Assembly (NCBI GenBank): GCA_031264975.1
Contig: JAISDH010000369.1
Location: forward strand, 1 to 33,946
DNA length: 33,946 nt
Source: Bacteroidales bacterium
Lineage (GTDB): Bacteria > Bacteroidota > Bacteroidia > Bacteroidales > WCHB1-69
Direction of reading: 5' to 3'
Shown in pieces: positions 1 through 9,571 of this stretch. The translations under genes were made by a program, and so were the position numbers. The notes under the pieces are model-generated. The model did not search any database. It saw only the letters and a list, made by a program, of their open reading frames with translations, and was not told the origin of the DNA. Within the stretch, counting starts at the first letter, position 1. Every line of letters starts with the position of its first letter.

Positions 1-96
1 CTCTTTTGTGCTCATGGAAGCAAGTATTTGCTTTGCTTTATTTGCCTTTTCAGGCTGTTTTTCGGGTTTTGACTGTTGCAGTTGTTCATTTTCCAT
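1..96 (-). CDS. 5' end of the next tra-operon gene (TraL/TraM position), truncated by the window edge
   Basis: There is an ATG at 96 on the minus strand, 2 nt past the traK stop. It reads MENEQLQQSKPEKQPEKANKAKQILASMSTKE... and runs off the left edge. Identity is inferred only from Bacteroidetes traK-traL/traM synteny. Confidence 0.35.
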   Translation of the reverse strand, partial: MENEQLQQSKPEKQPEKANKAKQILASMSTKE

Positions 97-98
97 AG

Positions 99-722
99 TT
101 AATTTCTTTTTTCACGTGATAATTCTTTATTTTCAAGCACTTTAAATTGTATAATTAAAAAACCGTGCGGATTATTTTCGCTGCGTACGGTGTTTTCCAA
201 ATAGCAAGCAGTAATGAGGCTGCGTGTGGTAACATTGCTGCCTCTTGTTATAAATTGTTGTGCATAAGTATGTGCCTCATACGGATACTGCTCGAAATTG
301 AATTTTATGCTGTCTACTTGTATCCGTTGTAGCGTGTTGGTTGAAATTAGCCGGCGGTAATACTCGGCCTCTTTCAGGTCATTGAAGTAGTCATACGCAC
401 TCCGGTCGGCTAAATACAGTGCACGCTGGATATTATGATTCAGCGCCGCATTATCCGGCGACAGGGTGAAAAATAACTCATGAAACATTCTTACATGATT
501 GTGCGCTTCGGCCGGCCGGTTTTGGGCCATATCCTGGGACAATGCCAACATTAATGATTTACCCTTGTCCAATACATATATTTTCTCGCGCTCCTTTGCA
601 ATCATTTTATCGGAAGAATATTTAATATAAATGACAATGACAGCACATGCCACTACTGTTATTATACTTAACAGTCTCGTTAATTGAAACGCTGTTTCGA
701 TATTTTTTAAAGATTTAAACAT
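99..722 (-). CDS. traK: Conjugative transposon protein TraK
   Basis: 207 aa with an N-terminal TM helix. Blocks KIYVLDKGKSLMLALSQD, RMFHELFFTLSPD, YPYEAHTYAQQFITR and NPHGFLI match the conserved Bacteroidetes TraK family as I recall it. It directly follows traJ. Confidence 0.88.
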   Translation of the reverse strand: MFKSLKNIETAFQLTRLLSIITVVACAVIVIYIKYSSDKMIAKEREKIYVLDKGKSLMLALSQDMAQNRPAEAHNHVRMFHELFFTLSPDNAALNHNIQRALYLADRSAYDYFNDLKEAEYYRRLISTNTLQRIQVDSIKFNFEQYPYEAHTYAQQFITRGSNVTTRSLITACYLENTVRSENNPHGFLIIQFKVLENKELSREKRN

Positions 723-723
723 T

Positions 724-1779
724 TCACTTTTTAAATTTACTGACTATATTTTTAACACCTTCTTTAATACTTCCGGACATTCTTCCACTGGCAGCAGCTC
801 CTGCCCCGCCGGCAATTAAAGCGGCTTTTCTTGCACCCTGCAAGGTGCTGCTTAATTCCATAGCACTTGCACCGCCCTGCACTGCCCATGTTGCAATGGT
901 AGGAACCGACAAGTAAGAGGCAATACCAATTACATAGAAAATAATGAGCACAGTGCCAATAGACCAGGCGTTATCTTGAGAAAATGACAGATTGTCCATC
1001 ATCAAACATTCTATTTGAGATAAAACGACGCCAATAATATTACAAACAGGCGCCCATAAGTAAATACTAATATATTTTGCAAACCAGTTCGACAAACTGC
1101 CCTCAAAACTTGGGAATAAACTTAGCGTAAATGCTATTGGCCCAATCATTCCCAAAATGATCAAAAAAAATAATCGCAGACAATTTATAACAAACCAGAC
1201 CACATCTTTAGCCAATGAAAGTACGGAGATTAAAATTTCCATCACAGCGCCGGCTAAAGTGAAGCCATCAAAACCCAAGTAAGATAATATGGCTTCGTCG
1301 CTAACGCAGTAGAGGATTTCATTTACGGGGTCACTAACGTATTCTTCAAGGAAATTATTAACACGACCACTCCAGCTACGACTGTTAGCCGCTCTTAATT
1401 TTTCTTTTTGTTCTCTTTGTAATCTTTCTTTATCAGCTTTTGCCTTATCTTGTATTTGTCGGTATAGGGCTGCATGTTCTTGCACGACGTTATCTCTCAA
1501 TGTTATAGTATAGCTTCTGAGTGGTGCTAAGATATAATGGACAGGCGTAATTACGACAGTATAAAAATTCAGGCATAGAAACACAATTACTAACGGTTTT
1601 AGAAGAGGGTATAAGTCAATAGATTCATTTCGGGCCAAAGCGCCCCACGTCTTCCATGCAAAATAAAATAATGCTCCTATACCGATGATGCCGGCCACTA
1701 TGGAACCTATATCAGCTATCCTTACGGATAGTTTATCAAAAATGTCTTGAAATGTTTTTTCAAAGTCTAAATTAAACAT
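724..1779 (-). CDS. traJ: Conjugative transposon membrane protein TraJ
   Basis: Multi-pass membrane protein in the traI-traJ-traK position. The ORF-track start at 1845 overlaps traI. The ATG at 1779 (MFNLDFEKTF...) lies 2 nt after the traI stop and is preferred. Confidence 0.8.
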   Translation of the reverse strand: MFNLDFEKTFQDIFDKLSVRIADIGSIVAGIIGIGALFYFAWKTWGALARNESIDLYPLLKPLVIVFLCLNFYTVVITPVHYILAPLRSYTITLRDNVVQEHAALYRQIQDKAKADKERLQREQKEKLRAANSRSWSGRVNNFLEEYVSDPVNEILYCVSDEAILSYLGFDGFTLAGAVMEILISVLSLAKDVVWFVINCLRLFFLIILGMIGPIAFTLSLFPSFEGSLSNWFAKYISIYLWAPVCNIIGVVLSQIECLMMDNLSFSQDNAWSIGTVLIIFYVIGIASYLSVPTIATWAVQGGASAMELSSTLQGARKAALIAGGAGAAASGRMSGSIKEGVKNIVSKFKK

Positions 1780-1781
1780 AA

Positions 1782-2717
1782 TTAAAATAAAAATAATTCT
1801 ACTATTGAGCCAAGTATGAATATAGTTAAAGCAGAGGTGAACCATATAGCGGCTGTTTTACCCAGCCCGTCCTCTTCGAGGTTAAACTTGCGATATACCC
1901 GAAAAGCGCCAATAAGTGCGACAAAGGCAGATAGTGCAAAAAATAGTTTTTTAAAATTATCATATAAATCCGTGGTTTTTTTTGCAGCGCTTCTGGCAGT
2001 ACTTTCAACAGATTGTGTATCTGGAATTGTCTTGTCCACTGCTTTTGACACAGCATAAACAAGTTCCGCACCAAGTGTCAGCCTTCCTCCTTTATTTATG
2101 TAGTATGATTCCGCTACGCCAAACAAATTATTTTTGTTCATATAATCTATTTTCCTGCGTTGCTCAATAGCGCGTTTCATTTGTTCTTGTATAAGCCACA
2201 GTCCCGCCTCAATTTCTCCTGTTTCTCCGGCAGCAGCCTCAACAGCCTCTTTCCTTTCTTTATCTGTAAATCGCCATTTACCTGAAGTCACATAATCTTT
2301 AATTTTTCCTACATTCCGTGTTCCTTGTTCGATGGCGAAATTTAAATAGTCCATGAAATATGTCAATTCGTTCAAATTAAACATATTTGACCTTACTGCT
2401 TGTTTATAAATATCCGATGCTCTTTGTATTATGTTTATTAAACTTTGCGCCGCATCAATTATTTCCTGTATATCATAGATGTACTGGTTTATTTTATCAA
2501 AAGTTTCTTTGAGTGATTTCATATTCTCATAGGTTTGTTTCAAAACCGTCAATTGATTGAGCAATTGAACGCCACTCCTTATTGATTCTTCCAAACTTTT
2601 AAAATGCCCCAATACACTGGCGGCAGTATGTCCAGGGTCTGATACGACCATTTGTCCCGAAGAAGGCAACAATGGCGTAAACGAAAGTAATAATACAGCA
2701 ATAATTTTTTTCATCAT
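1782..2717 (-). CDS. traI: TraI-like (DUF4141-type) secreted/membrane-anchored conjugation protein
   Basis: Signal peptide MMKKIIAVLLLSFTPLLPSSGQ, followed by MVVSDPGHTAASVL and a coiled-coil region. This resembles the 'VVTDPGNLAQ' start of Bacteroides TraI. It has an extra C-terminal two-TM extension. Its start overlaps the traG stop by 4 nt. Confidence 0.55.
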   Translation of the reverse strand: MMKKIIAVLLLSFTPLLPSSGQMVVSDPGHTAASVLGHFKSLEESIRSGVQLLNQLTVLKQTYENMKSLKETFDKINQYIYDIQEIIDAAQSLINIIQRASDIYKQAVRSNMFNLNELTYFMDYLNFAIEQGTRNVGKIKDYVTSGKWRFTDKERKEAVEAAAGETGEIEAGLWLIQEQMKRAIEQRRKIDYMNKNNLFGVAESYYINKGGRLTLGAELVYAVSKAVDKTIPDTQSVESTARSAAKKTTDLYDNFKKLFFALSAFVALIGAFRVYRKFNLEEDGLGKTAAIWFTSALTIFILGSIVELFLF

Positions 2718-5197
2718 TTTATTTTTTGCTCATTAACCATATCTCTGATAGCCATTTCTAAATCCCCATTATAACGCTCATTAGCAAGATTAAACAGGGT
2801 CGTTTTTTCTGTTTCTTCCGTACTGTATGTTAAATAGGCCTCCGGCGAAACTTCTACCCCATACACCGCCGAGTGCGCACCATTCAAATCAATATATATT
2901 TCCCGATATACACGGTGTGGATCCAAGTTTTGATTAAGTGACAGTACTTGCGCCTTCTGCTTTTCCGTCAATCCAAGCAAAGCTTGTATATCTTCAAACC
3001 TGTTCATATATTTTCGCTGGTCGCATAATATTTTGCAGTCGGAATTATTAATGATAGATTGCTTTACTATTTCCGAGTGGATAATATCCTCGACTTCCTG
3101 CGTGACAATAATAGCTTCGCCGAAGAATTTGCGAACAGTTTTAAACAAGTATTTTATGTATTCAGCCATCCCCTCCTTGGCGATGGCTTTCCATGCTTCT
3201 TCGATTAAAATCACCTTGCGTATGCCTTTTAACCGGCGCATCTTATTGATGAATGTTTCCATGATGATAATAGTAACCACCGGAAACAATATTTTATGGT
3301 CTTTAATGTTATCCAACTCAAAAATAACAAACCGCTTGTTCAATAAGTCTAATTGTTTATCGGAGTTCAATAAATAATCATATTCCCCGCCCTTGTAATA
3401 GGGTTCAAGGACATTTAAAAAATTGTCGATATCAAAATCCTTGTCTTTTATTTTTTTTCTAACAACAATTTCCCGATAGTTATTGCCGACATATTCGTAA
3501 AATGTGTTAAAGCACGGAATGATGGACTGGTCTCTTTTTATAAGTTCGAGATAGCCGTTTACCGCATTGGATAAATTAACTTCTTCAGCCCGTGACGACG
3601 TTTCCGTGTCCTTTTTCCATAACGCATAAATAAGCGCCTTAATACTCTCTTTCTTTTCAATGTCAAAAATACCGTCATCCGTATAGAACGGATTGAATGT
3701 AATGGGATTTTCTTCGGTGTAAGTTAAATAAATCCCATCTTTACCGCTCGTTTTTTTATTTATTAACTGACATAGTCCTAAATAACTGTTGCCGGTATCT
3801 ACGAGGACAATGTGCGAATTTTGCTCGTAGTATTGTCGCATGATGTGATTGGTGAAAAAACTCTTGCCGGAACCGGACGGCCCGAGTATGAATTTATTCC
3901 GATTTGTTATTATCCCGCGTTTCATCGGTGCATCCGAAATATCTACATGTAACGGCTTACCGGTATTTCGATCGGTAAGTTTAATCCCGAATGGAGACAG
4001 GGAATCCCTTTGGCACGTTTCATAGGTAAGGAAACAAGTAGCGACTTCCAAGAAAGTCATAAAAGTGTCTTCACTTGGAAAATCCGCCGCATTGCCCGGC
4101 ATACCTGCCCAAAATAGCACAGGTGCATCAACAACATTATGGCGGGCCTTACAGTCCATTGCCGTGATTTGAGAACCCACATCATTTCTCACTCGTTTAA
4201 GCTCGGCATCACTATCTGCCCATGCAACCACATTAAAATGCGCACGGATCGTTAAATGGCCTCCTTCGTGAATGGCATTTAAAAAGCTTTCTATTTGCTC
4301 GTGATTTACCATGTTAGAGCGGGAGAGGCGGGACAGTGAAAACATCCGTTTGCTTTGTGATTCTAATTTGCGAATATTGTCCTGATGGTTGTCAATAAAG
4401 ATATACTGGTTATATGTATGATTGCATGGAAGTAATAATCCTACCGAAGCAGCATAGCTGAGCGTACAGTCACTTTTATCGGTAGATAATTTTTCATACT
4501 TGCAATCCGGACTAACCGTGAATGGTAAATCGTCTATATCTGACAATGTATGCACACATACTTTTTTATCACCAATGACAATATTTTCTGGATTAAACTG
4601 AATATCTTTGAATACTACTTTTTCTGTCGCGCCGTCAAGGGTAATGTATTTATCCAATAAATTACAGATGTCGACTTCATCGGTTAATCTCTTCATTTTA
4701 AAATAAGTACTTTCACTTAAAATACTGGCAAACTGCCCTACAGTCTCTTCAAAACTGTTTATCACATCGGATGAAAGCATTTCGCGAGGGACCAGCCGCC
4801 CCCGACAGAGTGATGTGGTCAAGGACATTTTACGAGCATTGTTTTTCGTGGTTTTTGTGATAAACAAGTAGCACTTATGTGATAAATATGGGCGCTCAAT
4901 AAAATGCATCTCATGTGTTTTTGTTAAAAAATCACTGGATTCATGATGTGGCGTGTAAGTTTCTTTAATAAACCAATCCTGCTTATGGACTACGGTGTAA
5001 TCCGGGAGTATTTTTATAGCCTTGGTAAAGACCGCATGAATGCTTGCATACTCTTCCTGTGTAAGCGTAAATATTTCCGGCAGATCGACCACAAATGGAA
5101 TTGTTATATCCGCGTATTTGGATATAATAAATCCATTTTCTATCTTGTAGATAGGGTTACGGTTTTCAACAGTGCTGGTTGGCAGGATATTTTTCAC
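2714..5197 (-). CDS. traG: TraG, VirB4-family conjugative ATPase
   Basis: 827 aa. Walker A is GPSGSGKS and Walker B-like is VILIEEAW. Size and position after traE/traF are typical of the Bacteroidetes T4SS VirB4 homolog. Confidence 0.9.
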   Translation of the reverse strand: MKNILPTSTVENRNPIYKIENGFIISKYADITIPFVVDLPEIFTLTQEEYASIHAVFTKAIKILPDYTVVHKQDWFIKETYTPHHESSDFLTKTHEMHFIERPYLSHKCYLFITKTTKNNARKMSLTTSLCRGRLVPREMLSSDVINSFEETVGQFASILSESTYFKMKRLTDEVDICNLLDKYITLDGATEKVVFKDIQFNPENIVIGDKKVCVHTLSDIDDLPFTVSPDCKYEKLSTDKSDCTLSYAASVGLLLPCNHTYNQYIFIDNHQDNIRKLESQSKRMFSLSRLSRSNMVNHEQIESFLNAIHEGGHLTIRAHFNVVAWADSDAELKRVRNDVGSQITAMDCKARHNVVDAPVLFWAGMPGNAADFPSEDTFMTFLEVATCFLTYETCQRDSLSPFGIKLTDRNTGKPLHVDISDAPMKRGIITNRNKFILGPSGSGKSFFTNHIMRQYYEQNSHIVLVDTGNSYLGLCQLINKKTSGKDGIYLTYTEENPITFNPFYTDDGIFDIEKKESIKALIYALWKKDTETSSRAEEVNLSNAVNGYLELIKRDQSIIPCFNTFYEYVGNNYREIVVRKKIKDKDFDIDNFLNVLEPYYKGGEYDYLLNSDKQLDLLNKRFVIFELDNIKDHKILFPVVTIIIMETFINKMRRLKGIRKVILIEEAWKAIAKEGMAEYIKYLFKTVRKFFGEAIIVTQEVEDIIHSEIVKQSIINNSDCKILCDQRKYMNRFEDIQALLGLTEKQKAQVLSLNQNLDPHRVYREIYIDLNGAHSAVYGVEVSPEAYLTYSTEETEKTTLFNLANERYNGDLEMAIRDMVNEQKIK

Positions 5198-5529
5198 GGT
5201 TTATTTTTCGTTTTAATAAAACTTATAGAGAAAATATGTTTAAAACTCTTTCTGGAAATCAAAAAGCGAGGACATCTGCGTCGCGCCTGTTTTTTCATCA
5301 ATCCATATTGACCATATTTGGAGTTCATGCGAAATACAGAAACTATAAGCATAAGCGCCAGTCCAATAACAGTGATAAGGCTACCCACAATATTCACATT
5401 AAACAGACGAAGTATTATAAAGAGCATAAACAGGATAATAATACCCACGACGAAATATACCAGATATTGCGCCCGTAAACCTTTAAACTCAACAGTTTTG
5501 TTTATGCCCTTAAATACTTGATATTCCAT
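5194..5529 (-). CDS. traF: TraF-like small membrane protein (DUF4133 type, VirB3-like position)
   Basis: The preferred start is MEYQVFKGINKTVEFKGL at 5529, 2 nt after the traE stop. The ORF track extends it to 5562, overlapping traE. It has two TM helices and a basic tail. Its stop overlaps the traG start by 4 nt. Confidence 0.7.
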   Translation of the reverse strand: MEYQVFKGINKTVEFKGLRAQYLVYFVVGIIILFMLFIILRLFNVNIVGSLITVIGLALMLIVSVFRMNSKYGQYGLMKKQARRRCPRFLISRKSFKHIFSISFIKTKNKP

Positions 5530-5530
5530 C

Positions 5531-5869
5531 CTACAAGAATATTGCTTTAATAAATACACCAACGGCTGCTAAAAACAGTGCTGCGCCAAACCATGCCGCG
5601 GCCAATTTCGTCGCATTGGGGTCTCCACTACTCCACTTTGAGTAAACAATAAAACCTCCAATAATGCCTACAATCGCAGCAATCGCAAGCAATGCCTTGT
5701 ATGCTGTATCATAAAGGCCGGACACCTCTGATGTCGTCGTGTTCAACGCCGTTTTCGCTTTTGCGATACCAGAAGTCTGCGCGGATAGCTCTGGAACGAG
5801 CAGCACAATACAGAATGCCACGAGTAACGTAGCGTAAATTTTAAATAATTTGTTTTTGTTTTTTTTCAT
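5531..5869 (-). CDS. traE: TraE-like pilin-type protein (DUF4134 type, VirB2-like position)
   Basis: 112 aa with a signal peptide ending ...ELSAQ and two C-terminal hydrophobic helices (AIAAIVGIIGGFIVY, AAWFGAALFLAAVGVFI). This is the typical Bacteroidetes TraE layout. Confidence 0.7.
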   Translation of the reverse strand: MKKNKNKLFKIYATLLVAFCIVLLVPELSAQTSGIAKAKTALNTTTSEVSGLYDTAYKALLAIAAIVGIIGGFIVYSKWSSGDPNATKLAAAWFGAALFLAAVGVFIKAIFL

Positions 5870-5886
5870 TTTTTTTAAATTTAGAA

Positions 5887-6378
5887 TTATTGATTAATAT
5901 TATTAAGTATGTCATCTATACGTCGCGATATCTCATCTTTAGTTTTTATCATCTTTTCAAAAAAATCCGTGTCTTTTATTTGTTTAATGGTCTGTTTTAC
6001 ATCCTCTAAATTTTTATTGTCAAAATCAGATAACGGTTTATCATTGTCAACCACAGTGACCATTTGCTGTATTTCTTCAAACCCGACAATACTTCCTTCT
6101 TGGGTGTTATTATCAATGTTGTCATCATCAACCATAGCTTTGTCATCAATCTCAATACTGTCATATTCCACCTCAAAATTGTCTTCCGATAAATCATTCC
6201 CTAATGAATCTGAGATATTATCTTCCACTGTTTTTTCTTTTTCCAACTGAAAAACATCATGTGCAATACCCATCAGCCCATCCACCGGCTCCTGCTTTTC
6301 CTGTTCCGAAAAAAGCAAGGTTTTTACAAGAATACTAACTAAAATCCAAACCGACATAACACCGATAATATAAATCAT
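5887..6378 (-). CDS. traD: TraD-like acidic membrane-anchored protein
   Basis: 163 aa with an N-terminal TM helix, a long Asp/Glu-rich middle and a helical C-terminus. It has the same architecture and operon position as Bacteroides TraD. Sequence conservation is weak. Confidence 0.5.
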   Translation of the reverse strand: MIYIIGVMSVWILVSILVKTLLFSEQEKQEPVDGLMGIAHDVFQLEKEKTVEDNISDSLGNDLSEDNFEVEYDSIEIDDKAMVDDDNIDNNTQEGSIVGFEEIQQMVTVVDNDKPLSDFDNKNLEDVKQTIKQIKDTDFFEKMIKTKDEISRRIDDILNNINQ

Positions 6379-6384
6379 AAAAAA

Positions 6385-6822
6385 TCAAAATATTGTGACC
6401 GGCCTTTCTGCAAGCCACACTTCAAAATCCTTCTTGTATTTGTTAAAATGCTCCAAAAGAATATTATCTATGTATGCGCCTACGGCTACTTTATTATCGA
6501 AAATACGGGCGATAACACGCTCGGCAATACATAATGTTTCCTTGCTAATTCCAACGTTGCTTCTATAGACTCCGTTAATAGTTCTACTTAAAAACCTTTC
6601 CTCATACATATTTTTTTTCCCATTCCCTCCATTTCCGTTACTATGAATTTCCTTTGAGGGAAATGGCTGATTTGTGTTCTTTTCTTTTTCAGGAAATTCA
6701 ACAGGATTTTCTGTAGTAGTAACCGCATCTGGCATTGCTTCTATTTTCTCAGTTTGCTTTTGAAAACTACCAGCCATACGTGCTAAAACTTCTGCCTCAC
6801 TCAGTTGATTTTTTTTAGCCAT
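6385..6822 (-). CDS. DUF3408-type conjugal transfer protein (TraB/TraC position)
   Basis: 145 aa. The C-terminal block YEERFL...VGISKETLCIAERVIARIF...YIDNILLEHFNKYKKDFEVW matches the DUF3408 pattern from memory. It lies between traA and traD. Confidence 0.6.
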   Translation of the reverse strand: MAKKNQLSEAEVLARMAGSFQKQTEKIEAMPDAVTTTENPVEFPEKEKNTNQPFPSKEIHSNGNGGNGKKNMYEERFLSRTINGVYRSNVGISKETLCIAERVIARIFDNKVAVGAYIDNILLEHFNKYKKDFEVWLAERPVTIF

Positions 6823-6844
6823 AAATCCATAAATACTTTAGTTT

Positions 6845-7597
6845 TCACTTGTTTATTATCTCGAATATTTCATTACATAAATAGCCGACATGGCTACTGG
6901 AAAGCATGGAGCGGGTAGGTGCAAGTAAAGTTGAACGAAAAATCCCTTCCTGAGAATAATCGGCAGCTTCCTTATGGAACCGCAATAAGTAAGGTATCTT
7001 AGTTTCAAGAACCGGAATTTTATATTCCAATAGCAACTTATTGTATGCGTTATACAAGTTCGTTTTCTCTCGACCATCCACCATATTCCAAAACGCATAT
7101 GATTTCACCTCACTGGAAAGTTGCTTAAGCATCAGAAGAAAACTTAAGGAACTTTCCATTACAGTCCTGTCTGCCGAAATAGGCGTGAAGATATAATCCA
7201 TTTGTTGAATCAGGCTCAAAATGCCAGGCTGATTAACTGTCCCTGGAAGGTCGAAAAATACGTAATCCAATTTATTTTGTCCAGCAGTGATTTTTTCAGC
7301 CATTTCTATCGCTGCAGTTGTAGTAGCAGTTTCAACGGCATAAGATGATTTATTATGTTCTGAAAATTTTGTCACTGCAAGTTTTTTTAATGTTTCGTTT
7401 TTAGGAAGGTTTTCCAGCTCCCGTTTCCGCATGTTTGCAATGGATAACTGCGGGTAGTCGCAATCAATGATTGCAGCATCACATTTTAACACATAATGGG
7501 CGATACTTGCCACAAGTATGGTGAAGCTTGATTTGCCCGCTCCGCCTTTCTGCGTTGCGAAAGAGATATAGACAGGCTTTTTGTTTTTATTACTCAT
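6845..7597 (-). CDS. traA: ParA/MinD-like ATPase TraA
   Basis: 250 aa with a deviant Walker A, FATQKGGAGKSS. It is the first gene of the tra operon and diverges from the mob genes. Confidence 0.85.
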   Translation of the reverse strand: MSNKNKKPVYISFATQKGGAGKSSFTILVASIAHYVLKCDAAIIDCDYPQLSIANMRKRELENLPKNETLKKLAVTKFSEHNKSSYAVETATTTAAIEMAEKITAGQNKLDYVFFDLPGTVNQPGILSLIQQMDYIFTPISADRTVMESSLSFLLMLKQLSSEVKSYAFWNMVDGREKTNLYNAYNKLLLEYKIPVLETKIPYLLRFHKEAADYSQEGIFRSTLLAPTRSMLSSSHVGYLCNEIFEIINK

Positions 7598-8033
7598 AAA
7601 TGAGGTTTATTCGATTAATATTTCCGCAAAGATAATAATTAAGTTTGATATATACAAACACAATATCATCTACTTGTATAATATATTATGTGTTGTGATA
7701 TTTAAAATATTAATAATTAAATATTTATTATATAAACAGAAAATAAAATTACGTATTTTTATAAAATAATAAATTAATTTTATATACCTTTGCATAAAAA
7801 TAAAAATTATGCACTTATTTTATCATTTATTCTTTAAATTTTTAAATTATGAAAAATTTTAAATTGTACTACGAAAAGGAGAACTTCTCAAGAAGTTTGC
7901 AAGGTATGTTTTTGTAGTACAACGTTCCGTTTGTCCTACAAAAACCCTTGCTCTGCGAGGCTGAAAATTTACTCCGAAGTCGTAAATTTTGACTAATAAA
8001 ATGGATGATTTTTGAAAAAAATAATACTTTTTT
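7598..8033. promoter_or_regulatory. Divergent traA/mobA control region, candidate oriT
   Basis: 436-bp non-coding, very AT-rich gap between the divergent tra and mob operons. In CTnDOT-type elements oriT lies next to the mob genes. It contains the nested inverted repeats listed separately. Confidence 0.55.
7864..7945. repeat. Nested/alternative inverted repeats (candidate oriT core)
   Basis: TTGTACTACGAAAA (7864-7877) pairs with TTTTTGTAGTACAA (7909-7922) with one G:T mismatch. Inside it is an inner perfect hairpin, AACTTCT-CA-AGAAGTT (7882-7897). GTTTTTGTAG (7908-7917) can alternatively pair with CTACAAAAAC (7936-7945). Confidence 0.6.
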
Positions 8034-8417
8034 ATGGCATTACATAGAAAATACAGTATCCGCTTTACGGAAAAGGAAAGCATCGAATTAGATTACTTAT
8101 TGAACAAATATAACTTCAAGAAAGTGTCTTCATTTATAAAAAAATGCATTTTTCAGAAGGAACTTCATGTGATTACCTATGATGAAAGTTTATATGACGT
8201 CATTGACAAACTCAATGAAATTTTATACCAATATCGAAAAATCGGTACAAATTACAATCAAATAGTGAAGCATGTCAACAAGACTTTTGGTGAAGAAAAA
8301 GGCAAACAATTATTGAGTAGGGTGGCGCAAAACATGATTGACCTTGTGCAAATCACAGAAAAAACGGTCGTACCAGTAGTAAAAATGTTGGAGGGAAAAT
8401 ATGATAGCAAAAATTAG
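8034..8417 (+). CDS. mobA: MobC-family relaxosome accessory protein (Bacteroides MobA)
   Basis: 127 aa. The motif YRKIGTNYNQIVKHVN is the MobC-family signature (IGxNxNQIA). It overlaps the relaxase gene by 17 nt. Confidence 0.8.
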   Translation: MALHRKYSIRFTEKESIELDYLLNKYNFKKVSSFIKKCIFQKELHVITYDESLYDVIDKLNEILYQYRKIGTNYNQIVKHVNKTFGEEKGKQLLSRVAQNMIDLVQITEKTVVPVVKMLEGKYDSKN

Positions 8418-9558
8418 CACCAGCGATAGTCCGAGAGGTGCTCTTATTTATAATTGTGAGAAAGTAGAAGAAGGACACGCAAAAATTTTATGTACAAATA
8501 AACTTTGGCAAAAAGAGGACACTATTGCCGCCAATCAATTTGCTCGAGTACTTGAAAAGAAAGCTGCAATCAATAAAAATACCAAAAATGCATTTGTTCA
8601 CATATCTTTAAATCCTAGTCCTGAAGACAATTTAACCGATGAACAGTTAAGTGAAATAGCTCAAGAATACATGCAAAAAATAGGCTATGGGGAACAGCCC
8701 TATATTATATTCAAACATGAGGATATTGACCGACATCATTTGCATATTGTAACAACAAATATAGATTCACAAGGCAAAAAAATTACAAACGAGATAGAAA
8801 AGAAATACAACCTGCATCCGGCAGATATGAAGAAAGATTTAAAAATATGGGCGCCGGGTAAAATAGACCCCACTAAAAATGTATCAAGCCAAATTCGATA
8901 TACCGTAAAACACTTAATAAAAAACTATAATTTTCAATCGTTTAACGAATTTAAAACATTGCTATCATTATACAACGTGGATGCGCAGGAATTGAAAGGT
9001 GAAGCGAACAGAACGCCTTATAGTGGAATAGTCTATTTTGCCACGGACGACGAAAAAAAAAGATTGGCTAATCCTGTTAAGTCATCCATACTTGGCAAAT
9101 TTGCTGGAGTGGCTAACCTCTCTAAAAAATATGCCAGTTCTTTTCCATTATTAAAAGCATCATCCGAACAGCTAAAGAATACACTTTCCAATGCAATGAA
9201 AATGGCAAGCACAGAAAATGACCTTACGGTCATCTTAAAGAGGCGTGGCATTGATTTAATTTTACGAAAAAATGACAATGGGCGCATATATGGAGTAACC
9301 GTAATTGACCACAACTCAAAATCGGTAATGAACGGGTCCCGTTTAGGTAAAGAATTTTCTGCAAATCGTTTCCAGGAATTGTTCTCAGTGCCGGACAATG
9401 CTCAAAAAACCACATCAGAAAAGACAGTAGTTTTAGAACAACCGATATTTTCTTTCATCTCAGACAATGTGTCTGTCAGTTTAATGCCCCGGTTTGCAGG
9501 TAGCGGGCCATTTGTCCCTAAGAAGAAGAAAAAAAGGAAAAAAAGGATGATAACATAA
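8401..9558 (+). CDS. mobB: Relaxase/mobilisation nuclease (Bacteroides MobB)
   Basis: 385 aa. The N-terminus is MIAKISTS...ALIYNCEKV, followed by HISLNPSPED and the His-cluster DRHHLHIVTTNID typical of relaxases. It has a strongly basic C-terminal tail, KKKKKRKKRMIT. Confidence 0.85.
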   Translation: MIAKISTSDSPRGALIYNCEKVEEGHAKILCTNKLWQKEDTIAANQFARVLEKKAAINKNTKNAFVHISLNPSPEDNLTDEQLSEIAQEYMQKIGYGEQPYIIFKHEDIDRHHLHIVTTNIDSQGKKITNEIEKKYNLHPADMKKDLKIWAPGKIDPTKNVSSQIRYTVKHLIKNYNFQSFNEFKTLLSLYNVDAQELKGEANRTPYSGIVYFATDDEKKRLANPVKSSILGKFAGVANLSKKYASSFPLLKASSEQLKNTLSNAMKMASTENDLTVILKRRGIDLILRKNDNGRIYGVTVIDHNSKSVMNGSRLGKEFSANRFQELFSVPDNAQKTTSEKTVVLEQPIFSFISDNVSVSLMPRFAGSGPFVPKKKKKRKKRMIT

Positions 9559-9571
9559 AAAGCAAAAAAAA

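Noticed and set aside
1816-5521. Numerous 60-120-aa ORFs antisense to, or out of frame with, traI, traG, traF and traE. Examples are 1816-2058, 1826-2074, 3033-3377, 4943-5311, 5179-5478 and 5318-5521.
   Set aside because: They are embedded in strongly supported tra genes and have no independent evidence.
7859-8083. 74-aa ORF on the minus strand spanning the oriT-like repeats and the mobA start.
   Set aside because: It overlaps the well-supported mobA start and the inverted-repeat region. Its sequence is low-complexity and has no motif. It is most likely non-coding.
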